A DNA stretch of 64,000 nt from Candidatus Krumholzibacteriota bacterium. Lineage in GTDB: Bacteria; Krumholzibacteriota; Krumholzibacteriia; JAJRXK01. The notes beneath the pieces were generated by a model that was given only the letters and a program-made list of their open reading frames with translations, was not told the DNA's origin and ran no database searches. Both the position numbers and the translations under genes were made by a program. Shown one piece after another: positions 40,780-50,272 of this stretch (its first letter is position 1; each line of letters starts with the position of its first letter). Where the stretch lies: assembly GCA_963727455.1 (NCBI GenBank), contig CAVSGG010000015.1, forward strand, positions 53,959 to 117,958. Reading direction: 5' to 3'.

Positions 40780-41542
40780 CGGAGGCCCGCTTCAGCTTGG
40801 AACCGAGGCCAGCGTCGGGCGTCCGACACAGGATGGATTCGATGGAATCGCCTCGCCGTAGAGGAATCCGCCGCAACGCGAAGAGAGGATCGACGCCCCT
40901 TGCCCCCTTTACCACGCCAAAGGCCAGGGAGAATCCGGCCCGGCGCGCGAGATCGGCCATGCGCTCGTCCGTCACCGCTTGAGGGTAGCGCAGGGCGACT
41001 GCCTCCTCCTGGAGTCTCCGCTCCAGCTCCCTGCGCGAACGAATGAGGTCTCCAAATTCGAACTCTGGAGTCACCCTCTGAAGGCCTACCGCCTCGAAGC
41101 CCGCGGATTGCACGCGGACGCCCGCGCGCATCGCGCTGCGCAGCTGCGACCATGTGAGATGCCTGGTCTGTTGACGGAGGGGCCCAAATCCCCGGCTCGT
41201 CACCCGTCCCACCGAGGCGATGGGCAAGAACAACACCGAGGGTATCTTGCGTTCGCTGAGGATGGGGAGTGTCGAATCGAGGAAGTCCATCCCATCGTAA
41301 TCGAAGCTGAGTAAGAGACCGTCAGGGGCCTCGCTCAGGCCCTCCGCCGCGGCCCAGAACTCATCCAAATCCAGGAAGCGCCGCCTCGCAGCGAGCAAAT
41401 CGTCCAGGATCCTCTCCAGCTGAGACGCGGAGATGCAAGAGGACGCGAGTCCCGCGTGATCCACGACGCGGGGACAGGCGAGGACTGTGGGTATCTTCGA
41501 CGGCCTTGGCTCGGCCGCGGGGCGATCCGGATTCGACCTCAT
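40763..41542 (-). CDS. Polysaccharide deacetylase (NodB/IcaB-like) fold protein with degenerate catalytic motifs
   Basis: Family layout LLLSFDYDG..TLPIL...PSVLFL...LTWSQLRSAM..G...LIRSRRELE...LRYP...AGFSLAF...DPLFALRRI; the catalytic His and Asp motifs are altered. Confidence 0.75.
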   Translation of the reverse strand: MRSNPDRPAAEPRPSKIPTVLACPRVVDHAGLASSCISASQLERILDDLLAARRRFLDLDEFWAAAEGLSEAPDGLLLSFDYDGMDFLDSTLPILSERKIPSVLFLPIASVGRVTSRGFGPLRQQTRHLTWSQLRSAMRAGVRVQSAGFEAVGLQRVTPEFEFGDLIRSRRELERRLQEEAVALRYPQAVTDERMADLARRAGFSLAFGVVKGARGVDPLFALRRIPLRRGDSIESILCRTPDAGLGSKLKRASAIFGL

Positions 41543-41707
41543 CTAGGGAGCCTCAATTTCAGCACCGATCAAGAGCCGCTTGTACCCCCCTCCCCTGGCA
41601 AACGAGAGGACCGAGCACAGTTCACGAGTGAGCGGTGACTTGATACGCCCAGGGCATATCTCGCTTGTATCCTATCACGAATCCCGGTAGCGAGCAAAGG
41701 AGACGGT

Positions 41708-41735
41708 TTGACGCCAGCGGTCCGTATGCTAGGCT
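41708..41735 (+). promoter_or_regulatory. Putative sigma70 promoter for the aminotransferase-like gene
   Basis: TTGACG-N16-TAGGCT with a TG extended -10. Confidence 0.4.
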
Positions 41736-41781
41736 GCGAAGAGGATCTCGGCCGTCCTTCACGCCCCAAGAGGATTCCGCC

Positions 41782-42972
41782 ATGCATGCGCGTCCCTTTA
41801 CTCCCCTTCCCCTCTCGCCGAGCACCTTCGAACGCCTTCGGGCCAGGTCCGCCGCCGCCCTGGCCGAAGGAAAGAGAGTCTTCGATCTGAGCCTCAATTG
41901 CCCCGCGGGTGCGCTCCCGGAGCACGTGCTGAAAGCCATGCAGGATTGCTTGGAGCCGCGACCCAGTTCGGCGCAAGCTGTGGCCCGGTCCCGCGGCCTC
42001 ACGGAGCTCAGGGAAGCAGTTTCCCAGTGGTACGAGCGACGATTCACCGTGCACCTCGATCCCAAGTCGGAGATCCTAGTGCGCTGTAGCGAACTCGACG
42101 CACTCCAGCTCGTGATGCGAACTCTGCTGGAACCGGAGGATCTTGTCGTACTCCCCGCGCTGTGTCCTCCGGACTGGACCGCGGCGGCGCAATGCGCCAG
42201 GGCGCGTGTCGAGTTCCTCCCCCTTTCTGAGGAGAACGCCTGGCTGCCGCAGCTTCAGGGACTGGAGAAAGAGATTCTGCGCAGCGCCAAGCTCCTCTGT
42301 CTCGGCCATCCTCAGGATCCCACGGGCGCGGTGTGCGAGATCTCCCATCTGCGCAAGTTGCTGGCTCTCTGCCGCGATCACGAGACTACTCTCCTCTCCA
42401 TGATCACTTGGAGCGAGTTCGCGCTGGGAGAGAAACACCTGCCGAGTTCCATCTTCGAACTCCCGGGGGCGCGTGAGAGCGCGCTGGAAATCTCCACCTT
42501 CGCCTGCAGCCACCGGCTCTGGGACTTCGGGCCCGCGATTCTGGCCGGCAGCGCGGAGCGGATCGAAACGCTGAGCAACCTGGCCAGCCACTTGGGAACG
42601 AACCCCGCGTTCGTTTTGCAGAAGGCAGCCGCTGCGGCCTATCTCGGGGACGACTCGTTTCTCGCCGAGCAGCGCGAATCCTTGCGCCGAAGGCAGAACC
42701 GACTCTGCGCGGGACTCGCTTCGCTCGGATGGGAAGTTCAGCCGTCCCCTGCGACGATTTTCCTCTGGAGCAGAATCCCCACCCGATGGGGCGAGGACGA
42801 CCTCGGGTTCCAGGAAGAGGTATTCCAGCGGAGCGGAGTCATGATGGTTCCCGGTTCCGCCTTCGGACCCTCGGGAAAGGGCTTCGTGCGCCTCAGTGTC
42901 TGTCTGGACGAAGCCGGAATCGACGCCTGTCTTTCGCGACTCGCGGAGAGTCGGGCGCTAGAGGGCACTTAG
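41782..42972 (+). CDS. Class I/II (LL-DAP aminotransferase/AlaC-like) fold protein lacking the PLP lysine
   Basis: GLTELREAVSQWYERRFTVHLDP..EIL, PL..EN.WLP.L, AKLL...P.DPTGA, PATIFLW, PGSAFGPSGKGFVRLS. Start ATG 41782. Confidence 0.8.
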   Translation: MHARPFTPLPLSPSTFERLRARSAAALAEGKRVFDLSLNCPAGALPEHVLKAMQDCLEPRPSSAQAVARSRGLTELREAVSQWYERRFTVHLDPKSEILVRCSELDALQLVMRTLLEPEDLVVLPALCPPDWTAAAQCARARVEFLPLSEENAWLPQLQGLEKEILRSAKLLCLGHPQDPTGAVCEISHLRKLLALCRDHETTLLSMITWSEFALGEKHLPSSIFELPGARESALEISTFACSHRLWDFGPAILAGSAERIETLSNLASHLGTNPAFVLQKAAAAAYLGDDSFLAEQRESLRRRQNRLCAGLASLGWEVQPSPATIFLWSRIPTRWGEDDLGFQEEVFQRSGVMMVPGSAFGPSGKGFVRLSVCLDEAGIDACLSRLAESRALEGT

Positions 42973-42982
42973 GAGCCGGCAA

Positions 42983-43282
42983 TTACTTGCCGGGAACGCC
43001 CAGCATGCCGCGCGTGAGCACGTCGGCCATCGTGAAACCGAAGAGAATCAGCATGAAGACGAGCCCGGTGGCGATGCCGAGGCGAACCAGTGTGCTCGCG
43101 AACTTGACGTGCATGAAAAACCACATGACAAGCGCCGCTTTGAGACAGGCGATACCGATCGCCGCCACGTTGTTCATGGCGCCGAGGTCCTGGTAAGCGA
43201 CGAGAACCGTCAGCGCAGTCAGCGTCAAGAGCCCCAAGAGAACCAGGACGTTCGTCTTTCCCGATACTACGTGGTGAATCAT
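42983..43282 (-). CDS. ctaF: Cytochrome c oxidase subunit IV (caa3-type)
   Basis: LLTLTALTV, IACLKAALVMWFFMHVK; follows subunit III. Confidence 0.9.
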   Translation of the reverse strand: MIHHVVSGKTNVLVLLGLLTLTALTVLVAYQDLGAMNNVAAIGIACLKAALVMWFFMHVKFASTLVRLGIATGLVFMLILFGFTMADVLTRGMLGVPGK

Positions 43283-43291
43283 GATTCCCTC

Positions 43292-43987
43292 CTAGTGATG
43301 CCTACCCACCAGATACAGCAGGGGAAAGAGGAAGATCCAGATCAGGTCGACGAAGTGCCAATAGAGTCCGACGACTCCCACCGGGTCGTTGTAGCCCTCG
43401 TTGAAGGTGCCTCGCATCGCGCGCACGACTAGAACGAGCACGAGGCCCACTCCGATCACCATGTGCAAGGCGTGAAGCCCCGTCATCGCGAAATAGAGAT
43501 TGAAGAACATCTCCACGTGATGCGGGTTGCCCGCGCCGTGCCAAACGAAGTTCGGTCCAGGCACCAAGTGCTCGTGGAACTTCACGGCATACTCGTGGCC
43601 CTTGATACCGAGAAACGCCACGCCGAGAAGCGCCGTCAACAGGAGAGAAATCACCGTTCCCGCTTGCTGCCGCAATTGGGTACAGCGTACGGCCGTTGCC
43701 ATGGTGAACGAGCTGATGAGCAGCACCGCAGTGTTCGCCGTGCCGAGACGGACGTCCAGATGATAGCTACCCGCCGCGAAGGAGTGCGGAAAGAGGGTTC
43801 GATAGAGAATGTAGGCCATGAAGAGCCCACCGAAGAACATGATCTCCTGGACGATGAAGATCCACATGCCCTGCTGAACCGCTTGGCTTTGTTGTTCGGC
43901 GTCGCAGAAATAGTAGCGGACCTTTGGCTCTGCTCCTCGGTGAGAGCTGGTTGGATCTATGGCAGTCAACTCAGGCTCCTTCTTCAC
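43292..43987 (-). CDS. ctaE: Cytochrome c oxidase subunit III
   Basis: [50 protein letters not shown]. Confidence 0.95.
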   Translation of the reverse strand: MKKEPELTAIDPTSSHRGAEPKVRYYFCDAEQQSQAVQQGMWIFIVQEIMFFGGLFMAYILYRTLFPHSFAAGSYHLDVRLGTANTAVLLISSFTMATAVRCTQLRQQAGTVISLLLTALLGVAFLGIKGHEYAVKFHEHLVPGPNFVWHGAGNPHHVEMFFNLYFAMTGLHALHMVIGVGLVLVLVVRAMRGTFNEGYNDPVGVVGLYWHFVDLIWIFLFPLLYLVGRHH

Positions 43988-45620
43988 CGGAGGACACCGC
44001 GGGGGAGCGGGAAAAATCGTAGGCCTCGTAGTCGACGATCACCGGATGATCGAAGTTGTGCTTGATCGGCGGCGAGGAGGTTTCCTGCCATTCCAAGCCC
44101 ACCGCGCCCCAGGGGTTCGGTGGACACTGCTTGCCGAAACGCAGGGACCAGGCGAAGTAGATTACCGGAATGATGTAGCCCACGGCCAGAATGGTGGCGC
44201 CCGCACTGGAGAGCACGTTCAGAACCTGAAATTCGGGCGGGTAGGCATGGTAGCGCCGCGGCATCCCCATGTACCCCAGGATGAACTGGGGAAAGAAGGT
44301 GAGGTTGAAGCCCGCGAAGACGAGCATCGCAGCGACCTTGGACCAGAACTTCGGGTAGAGCCTTCCAAACATCTTGGGCCACCAGTAATGCAACCCTCCC
44401 AGGTAGGCCATCAGCGCCCCTCCCACCATCACGTAGTGGAAATGAGCGACCACGAAATAGGTGTCATGCACGTGCATGTCGATTCCGAGCGTCCCGAGCA
44501 TGACGCCGGTGAATCCACCGATCATGAACAGTCCCATGAAGCCGATGGCATAGAGCATCGGAGTCTCCCAGGAGATACTCCCCTGGTAGAGGGTCATGGT
44601 CCAGTTGAACACTTTGATGGCCGATGGCACCGCGACCAACATGGTGAGAATCGAAAAGACGGTAGCGGCATAGACGGACTGGGAGCTCACGAACATGTGA
44701 TGTCCCCAGACCAAAAAGCCCAAGATTGCGATCCCCACGCTGGAGTAAGCCACGATGCGGTAACCGAAAATCCGCCGCCGGCTGAAATTGGCAATGAGTT
44801 CGCTGATGATCGCCATGGCCGGCAGGACCATGATGTACACCGCTGGATGGGAATAGAACCAGAACAAGTGTTGGAAGAGGACTGGGTCGCCCCCGATCGA
44901 GGGGTCGAAAATCCCCAGCTGGAAAACCCGTTCCAGGGCCACCAGAATCAGGGTGATCGCCAGCACCGGGGTACCGAGAATCATGATGAGGGCGGTGGCG
45001 TAGTGTCCCCATACGAACAGAGGTAGACGGAACCAGCTGAGGCCGGGCGCCCGCATACGATGCGTCGTCACCAAGAAGTTCAGGCCGGTGAGAATTGAGG
45101 AGAACCCCACGAGCAGAGCCCCCACTGCAGTGGAAACCACGTAGGAATTGGAGTACCCGGTGGAGAAGGGCGCATAGAAAGTCCAGCCGGTGTCGACTCC
45201 TCCTCTCGCCATGCTGTAGAATGCGCAGATCCCGCCCGCCATGTAGAGATACCAGCTCAAGAGATTTATCTTGGGGAAGGCCATGTCCCGAGCCCCCACC
45301 ATGATTGGCATGAAGAAGTTGCCGAATACGCCGGGAATGGCAGGTATGAGGAAGAAGAAGATCATCAACACGCCGTGCATGGTGAACAGGCGGTTGTACA
45401 CCGCAGCCTCCACCAGATCCCCTTGCGGCGTTGCCAGCTCGATGCGAATGAGCGCGGCCATGATTCCGCCCAACGCAAAAAAGAGGGTCACCGAGACAAG
45501 GTAGAGAATGGCGATCCGCTTGTGATCTGTGGTGAGCAACCACGACTTCACGCCGTAGCCATCGTGTAGATAATCTGGCTGTTCTCTTTGCGCCTCAGGC
45601 GCGGTTGCGATCGTCGTCAT
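43971..45620 (-). CDS. ctaD: Cytochrome c oxidase subunit I, A2-type
   Basis: [32 protein letters not shown] (A2 YS motif), [23 protein letters not shown]. Confidence 0.97.
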   Translation of the reverse strand: MTTIATAPEAQREQPDYLHDGYGVKSWLLTTDHKRIAILYLVSVTLFFALGGIMAALIRIELATPQGDLVEAAVYNRLFTMHGVLMIFFFLIPAIPGVFGNFFMPIMVGARDMAFPKINLLSWYLYMAGGICAFYSMARGGVDTGWTFYAPFSTGYSNSYVVSTAVGALLVGFSSILTGLNFLVTTHRMRAPGLSWFRLPLFVWGHYATALIMILGTPVLAITLILVALERVFQLGIFDPSIGGDPVLFQHLFWFYSHPAVYIMVLPAMAIISELIANFSRRRIFGYRIVAYSSVGIAILGFLVWGHHMFVSSQSVYAATVFSILTMLVAVPSAIKVFNWTMTLYQGSISWETPMLYAIGFMGLFMIGGFTGVMLGTLGIDMHVHDTYFVVAHFHYVMVGGALMAYLGGLHYWWPKMFGRLYPKFWSKVAAMLVFAGFNLTFFPQFILGYMGMPRRYHAYPPEFQVLNVLSSAGATILAVGYIIPVIYFAWSLRFGKQCPPNPWGAVGLEWQETSSPPIKHNFDHPVIVDYEAYDFSRSPAVSSGEEGA

Positions 45621-45623
45621 GGT

Positions 45624-46595
45624 CTATTCCCCGGATCCGTTTCCCGCTTTGTTCTCGGTCGCCGTCGAGTCACTGAGGGATTTGATGTACATGATGAGCT
45701 CTCGGAGTTCGTCCTCGCTGAGTTGCCCCTTGAAGGTAGGCATGATCGGCTGATAGCCCTGCACTACCTTCGCTTGAGGATTCATGATCGACTCACGGAT
45801 GTATCCGTCGTCGAACTTCACCACATTGCCGTTGGTCAGCTTCACGTCCTTACCGTAGGCGTTCTGGAGATACGGTGCCCGCGCATTGGTATCCGCACGG
45901 TGGCAAGTGATGCACGACTTGTCCGAGAAGAGCTGCTTGCCGTTGGTGGCGATACTGGTCTCGGGAAGGTTGCCCTGGAGCCACTGCTCGTAGTCGTGTG
46001 GCTCCATTACGATGATGTGGCCGATCATCTTGGAGTGGCCGGCCCCACAATATTCGGCGCAGAAGAGATGGTAGGTTCCAACCTTCTTGGCCTGGAACCA
46101 GGCCGTGGTGTAGCGGCCGGGAACCGCGTCCATCTTCACTCGAAACGCGGGCACGAAGAAGGAGTGAATCACGTCCTCCGAGGTGATCGACACTTTGATC
46201 GGGGTATTGACCGGGACGTGCAGAGTGTTGATCTCCCGGTTGCCCTCTGGATGCTGGAACTTCCACATCCACCGTTTGCCAGTGCAATAGTATTCCACGG
46301 CATTGCTGGGCGGTCGCGAGGCGGCGAAGAACACTTTCGCACCCCAGGCGAAGATGAAGAGCAGAATGACCAAAGGGACGATGGTCCAGGTCAGCTCGAG
46401 AACCGCGTATTCACGGGTGGGCTTTCCGATGGAGTCCTCGCGCCGCCTCTTGTAACGGATCATGAAGAAGACGATCACCGCCGAGATCAGCGCGATGAAG
46501 AAGACCGCCACCGCCAGGGTGAACAGGAAGACGGCATCCACCTGACCCGCAATGGTGGAAGCTCGCTCGGGGAAGAAGCGAAGGGACGCGAGCAT
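45624..46595 (-). CDS. ctaC: Cytochrome c oxidase subunit II with fused cytochrome c (caa3)
   Basis: LELTWTIVP, DVIHSF, CuA motif CAEYCGAGHSKM, C-terminal CITCH and MPTF. Confidence 0.96.
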   Translation of the reverse strand: MLASLRFFPERASTIAGQVDAVFLFTLAVAVFFIALISAVIVFFMIRYKRRREDSIGKPTREYAVLELTWTIVPLVILLFIFAWGAKVFFAASRPPSNAVEYYCTGKRWMWKFQHPEGNREINTLHVPVNTPIKVSITSEDVIHSFFVPAFRVKMDAVPGRYTTAWFQAKKVGTYHLFCAEYCGAGHSKMIGHIIVMEPHDYEQWLQGNLPETSIATNGKQLFSDKSCITCHRADTNARAPYLQNAYGKDVKLTNGNVVKFDDGYIRESIMNPQAKVVQGYQPIMPTFKGQLSEDELRELIMYIKSLSDSTATENKAGNGSGE

Positions 46596-46597
46596 GC

Positions 46598-47446
46598 CTA
46601 GGCTACACCCCCGGCTTGTTGGTGGTGCGCGCGGCGATCGCGACGACGGCTCCAGAAAATGAAGCCCACGATGACGAGAATCGTGAGGACCCCGGCCAAA
46701 CGGATGAAGAACATGATGGTGGCTCCATACTTACCAGTGGCGGGGTTGTACTTGAAGCACAACAGGAGGGCCTGAGCCACCAGTCCCCCCACTTTTCCGT
46801 CACTTGCCTCGGCGAGCGAGAGACGTAGATCTTTCGGTGCATAGTCGATTCCGTAGAGATAGCGCGAGAGTACGCCCTTGGGGGTCAGAACCATGATGCC
46901 GGTAGCGTGAGCGTATTGCCCCGTTGCCTCGTCGTACACGTAGTGGAATCCGCACTCGCTGGTGAGTGAGTCGATTGCAGCAGGCTCACCGGTCAAGAAA
47001 TGCCAACCGTCTTCGGTGCCCGGACGGTTGTAGGTCTCGAGGTAGCCCTCGCGTTTTTTCTTGGCGAGCTGGGGACCTTCCTTGGGATTGAAGCTCACGA
47101 TGACCACTTCGAAGTCCTTGGAAGGTGAGAGCGACAGGGGCCTGAGACTGCGCACCACTCCGTTGAGCACCATGGTGCAGAGCATGGGGCACTCGTAGTA
47201 GACCAGAGCGAGGATGACGGGCCTGCCTTCGTGAAAGTAATCTCCCAGGTGGATCTCCTGGCCGTTCTCGTCCTGGAACTGCAAGCCGAGATTGACCGGC
47301 TCGCCCAAGTGCTGCTCGAAGGAGACGTCCTTGGTGGGACTCCTCTGCAAAATGGGCTTGTCCGCTCGAGCCTGAGTGGCGATCAGGCTCGCGCCCAAGA
47401 TCGAAAGGACGAACAGTATGCGCAGACCACGCCGTTGATTCCGCAT
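46598..47446 (-). CDS. SCO1/SenC family copper chaperone
   Basis: YYECPMLC (CxxxC), GWHFLTG, QYAH, SRYLYGIDY, C-terminal TM. ATG 47446 overlaps the upstream TGA. Confidence 0.9.
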   Translation of the reverse strand: MRNQRRGLRILFVLSILGASLIATQARADKPILQRSPTKDVSFEQHLGEPVNLGLQFQDENGQEIHLGDYFHEGRPVILALVYYECPMLCTMVLNGVVRSLRPLSLSPSKDFEVVIVSFNPKEGPQLAKKKREGYLETYNRPGTEDGWHFLTGEPAAIDSLTSECGFHYVYDEATGQYAHATGIMVLTPKGVLSRYLYGIDYAPKDLRLSLAEASDGKVGGLVAQALLLCFKYNPATGKYGATIMFFIRLAGVLTILVIVGFIFWSRRRDRRAHHQQAGGVA

Positions 47447-47895
47447 CACTTTCCTCCTTGGGAAGATGCTCCATCTGTACCTTTGGGCGCGGTACTCTGA
47501 GCTGGCTGGGGCCAACTGGGCACGCCATCGCGCTCGACCATTTTCAAAGCTTCCTCGATGGGGACGCGTGCCACTTGTGCGGGCTTGTCCTCCCAGCCGT
47601 AGCTGGTGAGGATCGAATCCTCTTCTGCGTGCATTGCGCGGAGATCCGCATGGGGATTGGCCTGGAGCCGAGGCTCCGGCGGCAACTCTCGCATGCCAGT
47701 GGTGGCCACCGGCAGGGCGGGCGGGTCCTTGGACTCCAACTCTCTTCTCAAGAAGCCATAATAGACCATTGCCACGATACCCACGATCACGCATAGGAGC
47801 GCGATCACTGCGAGAAATCCGGTGAGGGCCTTCTTCTGCAGCTCCTGATCGAGCGGCTTTCCCTCACCTTCGTAGCCCCACTTCGGATCAGGCAT
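47446..47895 (-). CDS. Small single-TM protein, probable ACIII ActG-like subunit
   Basis: One TM, LPPEPRLQANP, YGWED..RVPIEEA; lies between actF and SCO. Confidence 0.6.
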   Translation of the reverse strand: MPDPKWGYEGEGKPLDQELQKKALTGFLAVIALLCVIVGIVAMVYYGFLRRELESKDPPALPVATTGMRELPPEPRLQANPHADLRAMHAEEDSILTSYGWEDKPAQVARVPIEEALKMVERDGVPSWPQPAQSTAPKGTDGASSQGGK

Positions 47896-49078
47896 TGCCC
47901 ACGACCTCCTGGTATCTGGGGTCGTTCACCGCGAGCAGATTCCGGCGACCGAGCTGCCAACAGAAGACTGCCAGCCAGATGCCGCCAAGTCCTCCGAGAC
48001 TGGCCAGATCCAGCCAGGAGAGCGTCGTCCGGTGCAGCGGCGGCATGACCTGCCAGAAGTAATCCGCATAGCGCACCACGATGAGAAGCAAGGCCACGAA
48101 GACGAGACGTCCCGGCCGTCCCTTGACCGCGTGGGTCAAGAGCAGAAGGAATGGAATCACGAACTGGGCCACGATCAACAGAGTGGTGAACAGTTTCCAC
48201 TCGGGTGTGATCCGTTCCAGATACCAGGGAATTTCCTCGGGAAGATCGCCTGACCAAATGATCAGAAACTGACTGAAGGCGAAGTAGCCCCACAGCATGA
48301 TGAAGGCCAGGAGCAGGTTGCCGTAGTCGTGGAAATCCCGCTTCGTGAAGAGTTCACCGAGTGACTTCGAGCGCGAGAGTATCACCGCAATGAGCGCGGT
48401 GAACGCGAGAGCGGCCAGCGCCATCGACTCGAAGAAGTAGATCCCGTAGATGCTCGAGTACCACTTGGGATCGAGCGACATGAGCCAGTCCACGCTGGCG
48501 AAGGTTCCCACCAGGCACCATATGATGATCCCCGGCCCGCTGAACGATGCCATCCGCTTGTCGCGTTCCCCAACCGGCCCCTCGTCTTGCTTGGCCGAAA
48601 GACGGTCCAGAATGAACGCGAAGACGAGCCACAGCGCGAAGTAGAGAATCCCCCGCCAGAGAAATCCCTGCGGGTTCAAGTAATTCGCCTTCGCGGCGAT
48701 GGCCTCGTCACTGGCCAGGATCGAGGCGTCGGCCCAAGGGTAGATGCGGGAGAGTCCAAAGAGCAGGGGCACGAAGAGCAGGGCGATCAGGGGAATCGTC
48801 CTCGTCGAGGCCTCCAGCACGCGGCGAATCATGAAACCCCAGCGGCCTCCGGCCAGATGATACAGCATCAGCAGACCCAGACTCCCCAGCGGAATCGCGG
48901 CGACCCAGATGAAGGCGACCAGATAGGAGCTGAAGAACGCTCCCGGAGACAGCACGGCGCCAACTCCGGTCAACACGATCCCGAGCACGCCGATGAGAAG
49001 GCCGGCGCGGCCCAAACGAGAAATGCTCTCCGGAGGAGAGAAGTAAGCTGCCTGCGTTCCCTCAGTGACCTTCATCAT
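47888..49078 (-). CDS. actF: Alternative complex III membrane subunit ActF
   Basis: GGRWG...RRVLEA, YLN..F..R, DWLMSLDPKWYSSIYG, HDYGNLLLAF..LWGYFAFSQFLIIW. Confidence 0.9.
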   Translation of the reverse strand: MMKVTEGTQAAYFSPPESISRLGRAGLLIGVLGIVLTGVGAVLSPGAFFSSYLVAFIWVAAIPLGSLGLLMLYHLAGGRWGFMIRRVLEASTRTIPLIALLFVPLLFGLSRIYPWADASILASDEAIAAKANYLNPQGFLWRGILYFALWLVFAFILDRLSAKQDEGPVGERDKRMASFSGPGIIIWCLVGTFASVDWLMSLDPKWYSSIYGIYFFESMALAALAFTALIAVILSRSKSLGELFTKRDFHDYGNLLLAFIMLWGYFAFSQFLIIWSGDLPEEIPWYLERITPEWKLFTTLLIVAQFVIPFLLLLTHAVKGRPGRLVFVALLLIVVRYADYFWQVMPPLHRTTLSWLDLASLGGLGGIWLAVFCWQLGRRNLLAVNDPRYQEVVGNA

Positions 49079-49733
49079 GCTCGCTCGACTCGTGTTTGGT
49101 TTTCTCATCCTCCGCCGCGATGGCTTTTTCGATTTGGTTCCGCTCGGCGGAACCCAACTTCGAGAGTTCGACGTGGCGGCTCAACTGCAAAGTCCTGACG
49201 TAGGCCACGATGGCCCAGCGGTCGCTGGGTGGAACTTGCGAGGCATAGCTTGACATCTGGCCGAAGCCATTGGTGATCACATCGAAGAAATAGCCGGGAG
49301 GCATGCCGCGCAGACGATCGATGTGATAGCTGGGAGGCTGCTTGAATCCCCGGCGCACCACCATACCCCTTCCATTGCCCAAACGTCCGTGGCAGGGGGT
49401 GCAGAAGATCTCGAAGCGCTGACGCCCCCGTTGCAGCAGCTTGGCGTCCACCGTGACCGGGAATTCCTTCACGAAAGTTCCGTCGGGGCCGATGCCTTTA
49501 TAATAGACATCGTCGGCCCGCAAGAACCCGCGCGCTACCGTGCCTTCGGGCAGCGGCCTCGAAGACGCGCCATCGCGGTAAAACGCGCTCTCGCGCAGTG
49601 GCCGCTCCTTGGCCTGGTTTTTCATGTCCTGGGTGCAGCCACCGCTCGCCAGTAACACCAACAGCAGCAGGCCAATCCCCCACACACGCTGGCGTGGGGA
49701 GGTTCTAGAACGCATGCGCAACAGCTCAGTCAT
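49062..49733 (-). CDS. actE: Alternative complex III monoheme cytochrome c lipoprotein ActE
   Basis: Lipobox-like LASGGC, QDM..Q, PEGTVARG, CTPCHG, GFGQMSSYA..DRWAIVAY. Confidence 0.9.
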   Translation of the reverse strand: MTELLRMRSRTSPRQRVWGIGLLLLVLLASGGCTQDMKNQAKERPLRESAFYRDGASSRPLPEGTVARGFLRADDVYYKGIGPDGTFVKEFPVTVDAKLLQRGRQRFEIFCTPCHGRLGNGRGMVVRRGFKQPPSYHIDRLRGMPPGYFFDVITNGFGQMSSYASQVPPSDRWAIVAYVRTLQLSRHVELSKLGSAERNQIEKAIAAEDEKTKHESSEHDEGH

Positions 49734-50271
49734 CGTAGACGTCCGATACTGCAACCGAGGAGAGGCCCTCGAGGAAACTGCGGGCCTTCGCCAGCTCGAA
49801 CTGCGGATCCTCAGCTTCGATCCAGAGAAAGAACTTGTCGTCGGTCGCCAGAGCGAAGCGATCGACGTTGAACACGGGATGATGCGGATGAGGCAGGCCA
49901 TTGAGGGCGAACATGCCCAACACGGCGGTGATCCCCGCAAACAAAATCGTCATCTCGAAGGTGGGCACGATGAACGCCGGCCAGGAGTTCAAGGGACGTC
50001 CGCCGATATTCATGGGGAAAGCGTAGACGTTGATCCAGTACTGCAGCGAGAAGCCCCCGATGCAGCCGAAGAGCCCCCCCAAAAAAACCATCAAGGGAAG
50101 ACGGCTCTCATCACCGGCAATCACGTGGTTGAGTTCCTCGATCGGATAGGGTGTGAAAGCGTCGAAGCGCCGATATCCCTCCTTCTTGACCGCCTTGGCG
50201 GCCGCGAGGATCTTTTGCGGCCCGTCGAACTCCGCCATGACTCCGGCCAGACGCGCATTGCGCATGTCCAT
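49726..50271 (-). CDS. actD: Alternative complex III subunit ActD (DUF3341)
   Basis: AEFD, DAFTPYPI, IGGRPLNSWPAFIVPTFEMTILFA, DDKFFL. Confidence 0.92.
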   Translation of the reverse strand: MDMRNARLAGVMAEFDGPQKILAAAKAVKKEGYRRFDAFTPYPIEELNHVIAGDESRLPLMVFLGGLFGCIGGFSLQYWINVYAFPMNIGGRPLNSWPAFIVPTFEMTILFAGITAVLGMFALNGLPHPHHPVFNVDRFALATDDKFFLWIEAEDPQFELAKARSFLEGLSSVAVSDVYDD

Positions 50272-50272
50272 G

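Noticed and set aside
50074-50087. C7-A7 homopolymer in actD and G8 in tonB (about 9342-9349) as phase-variation tracts
   Set aside because: Short, in frame, and explained by the encoded residues (VFLGG, PPP).
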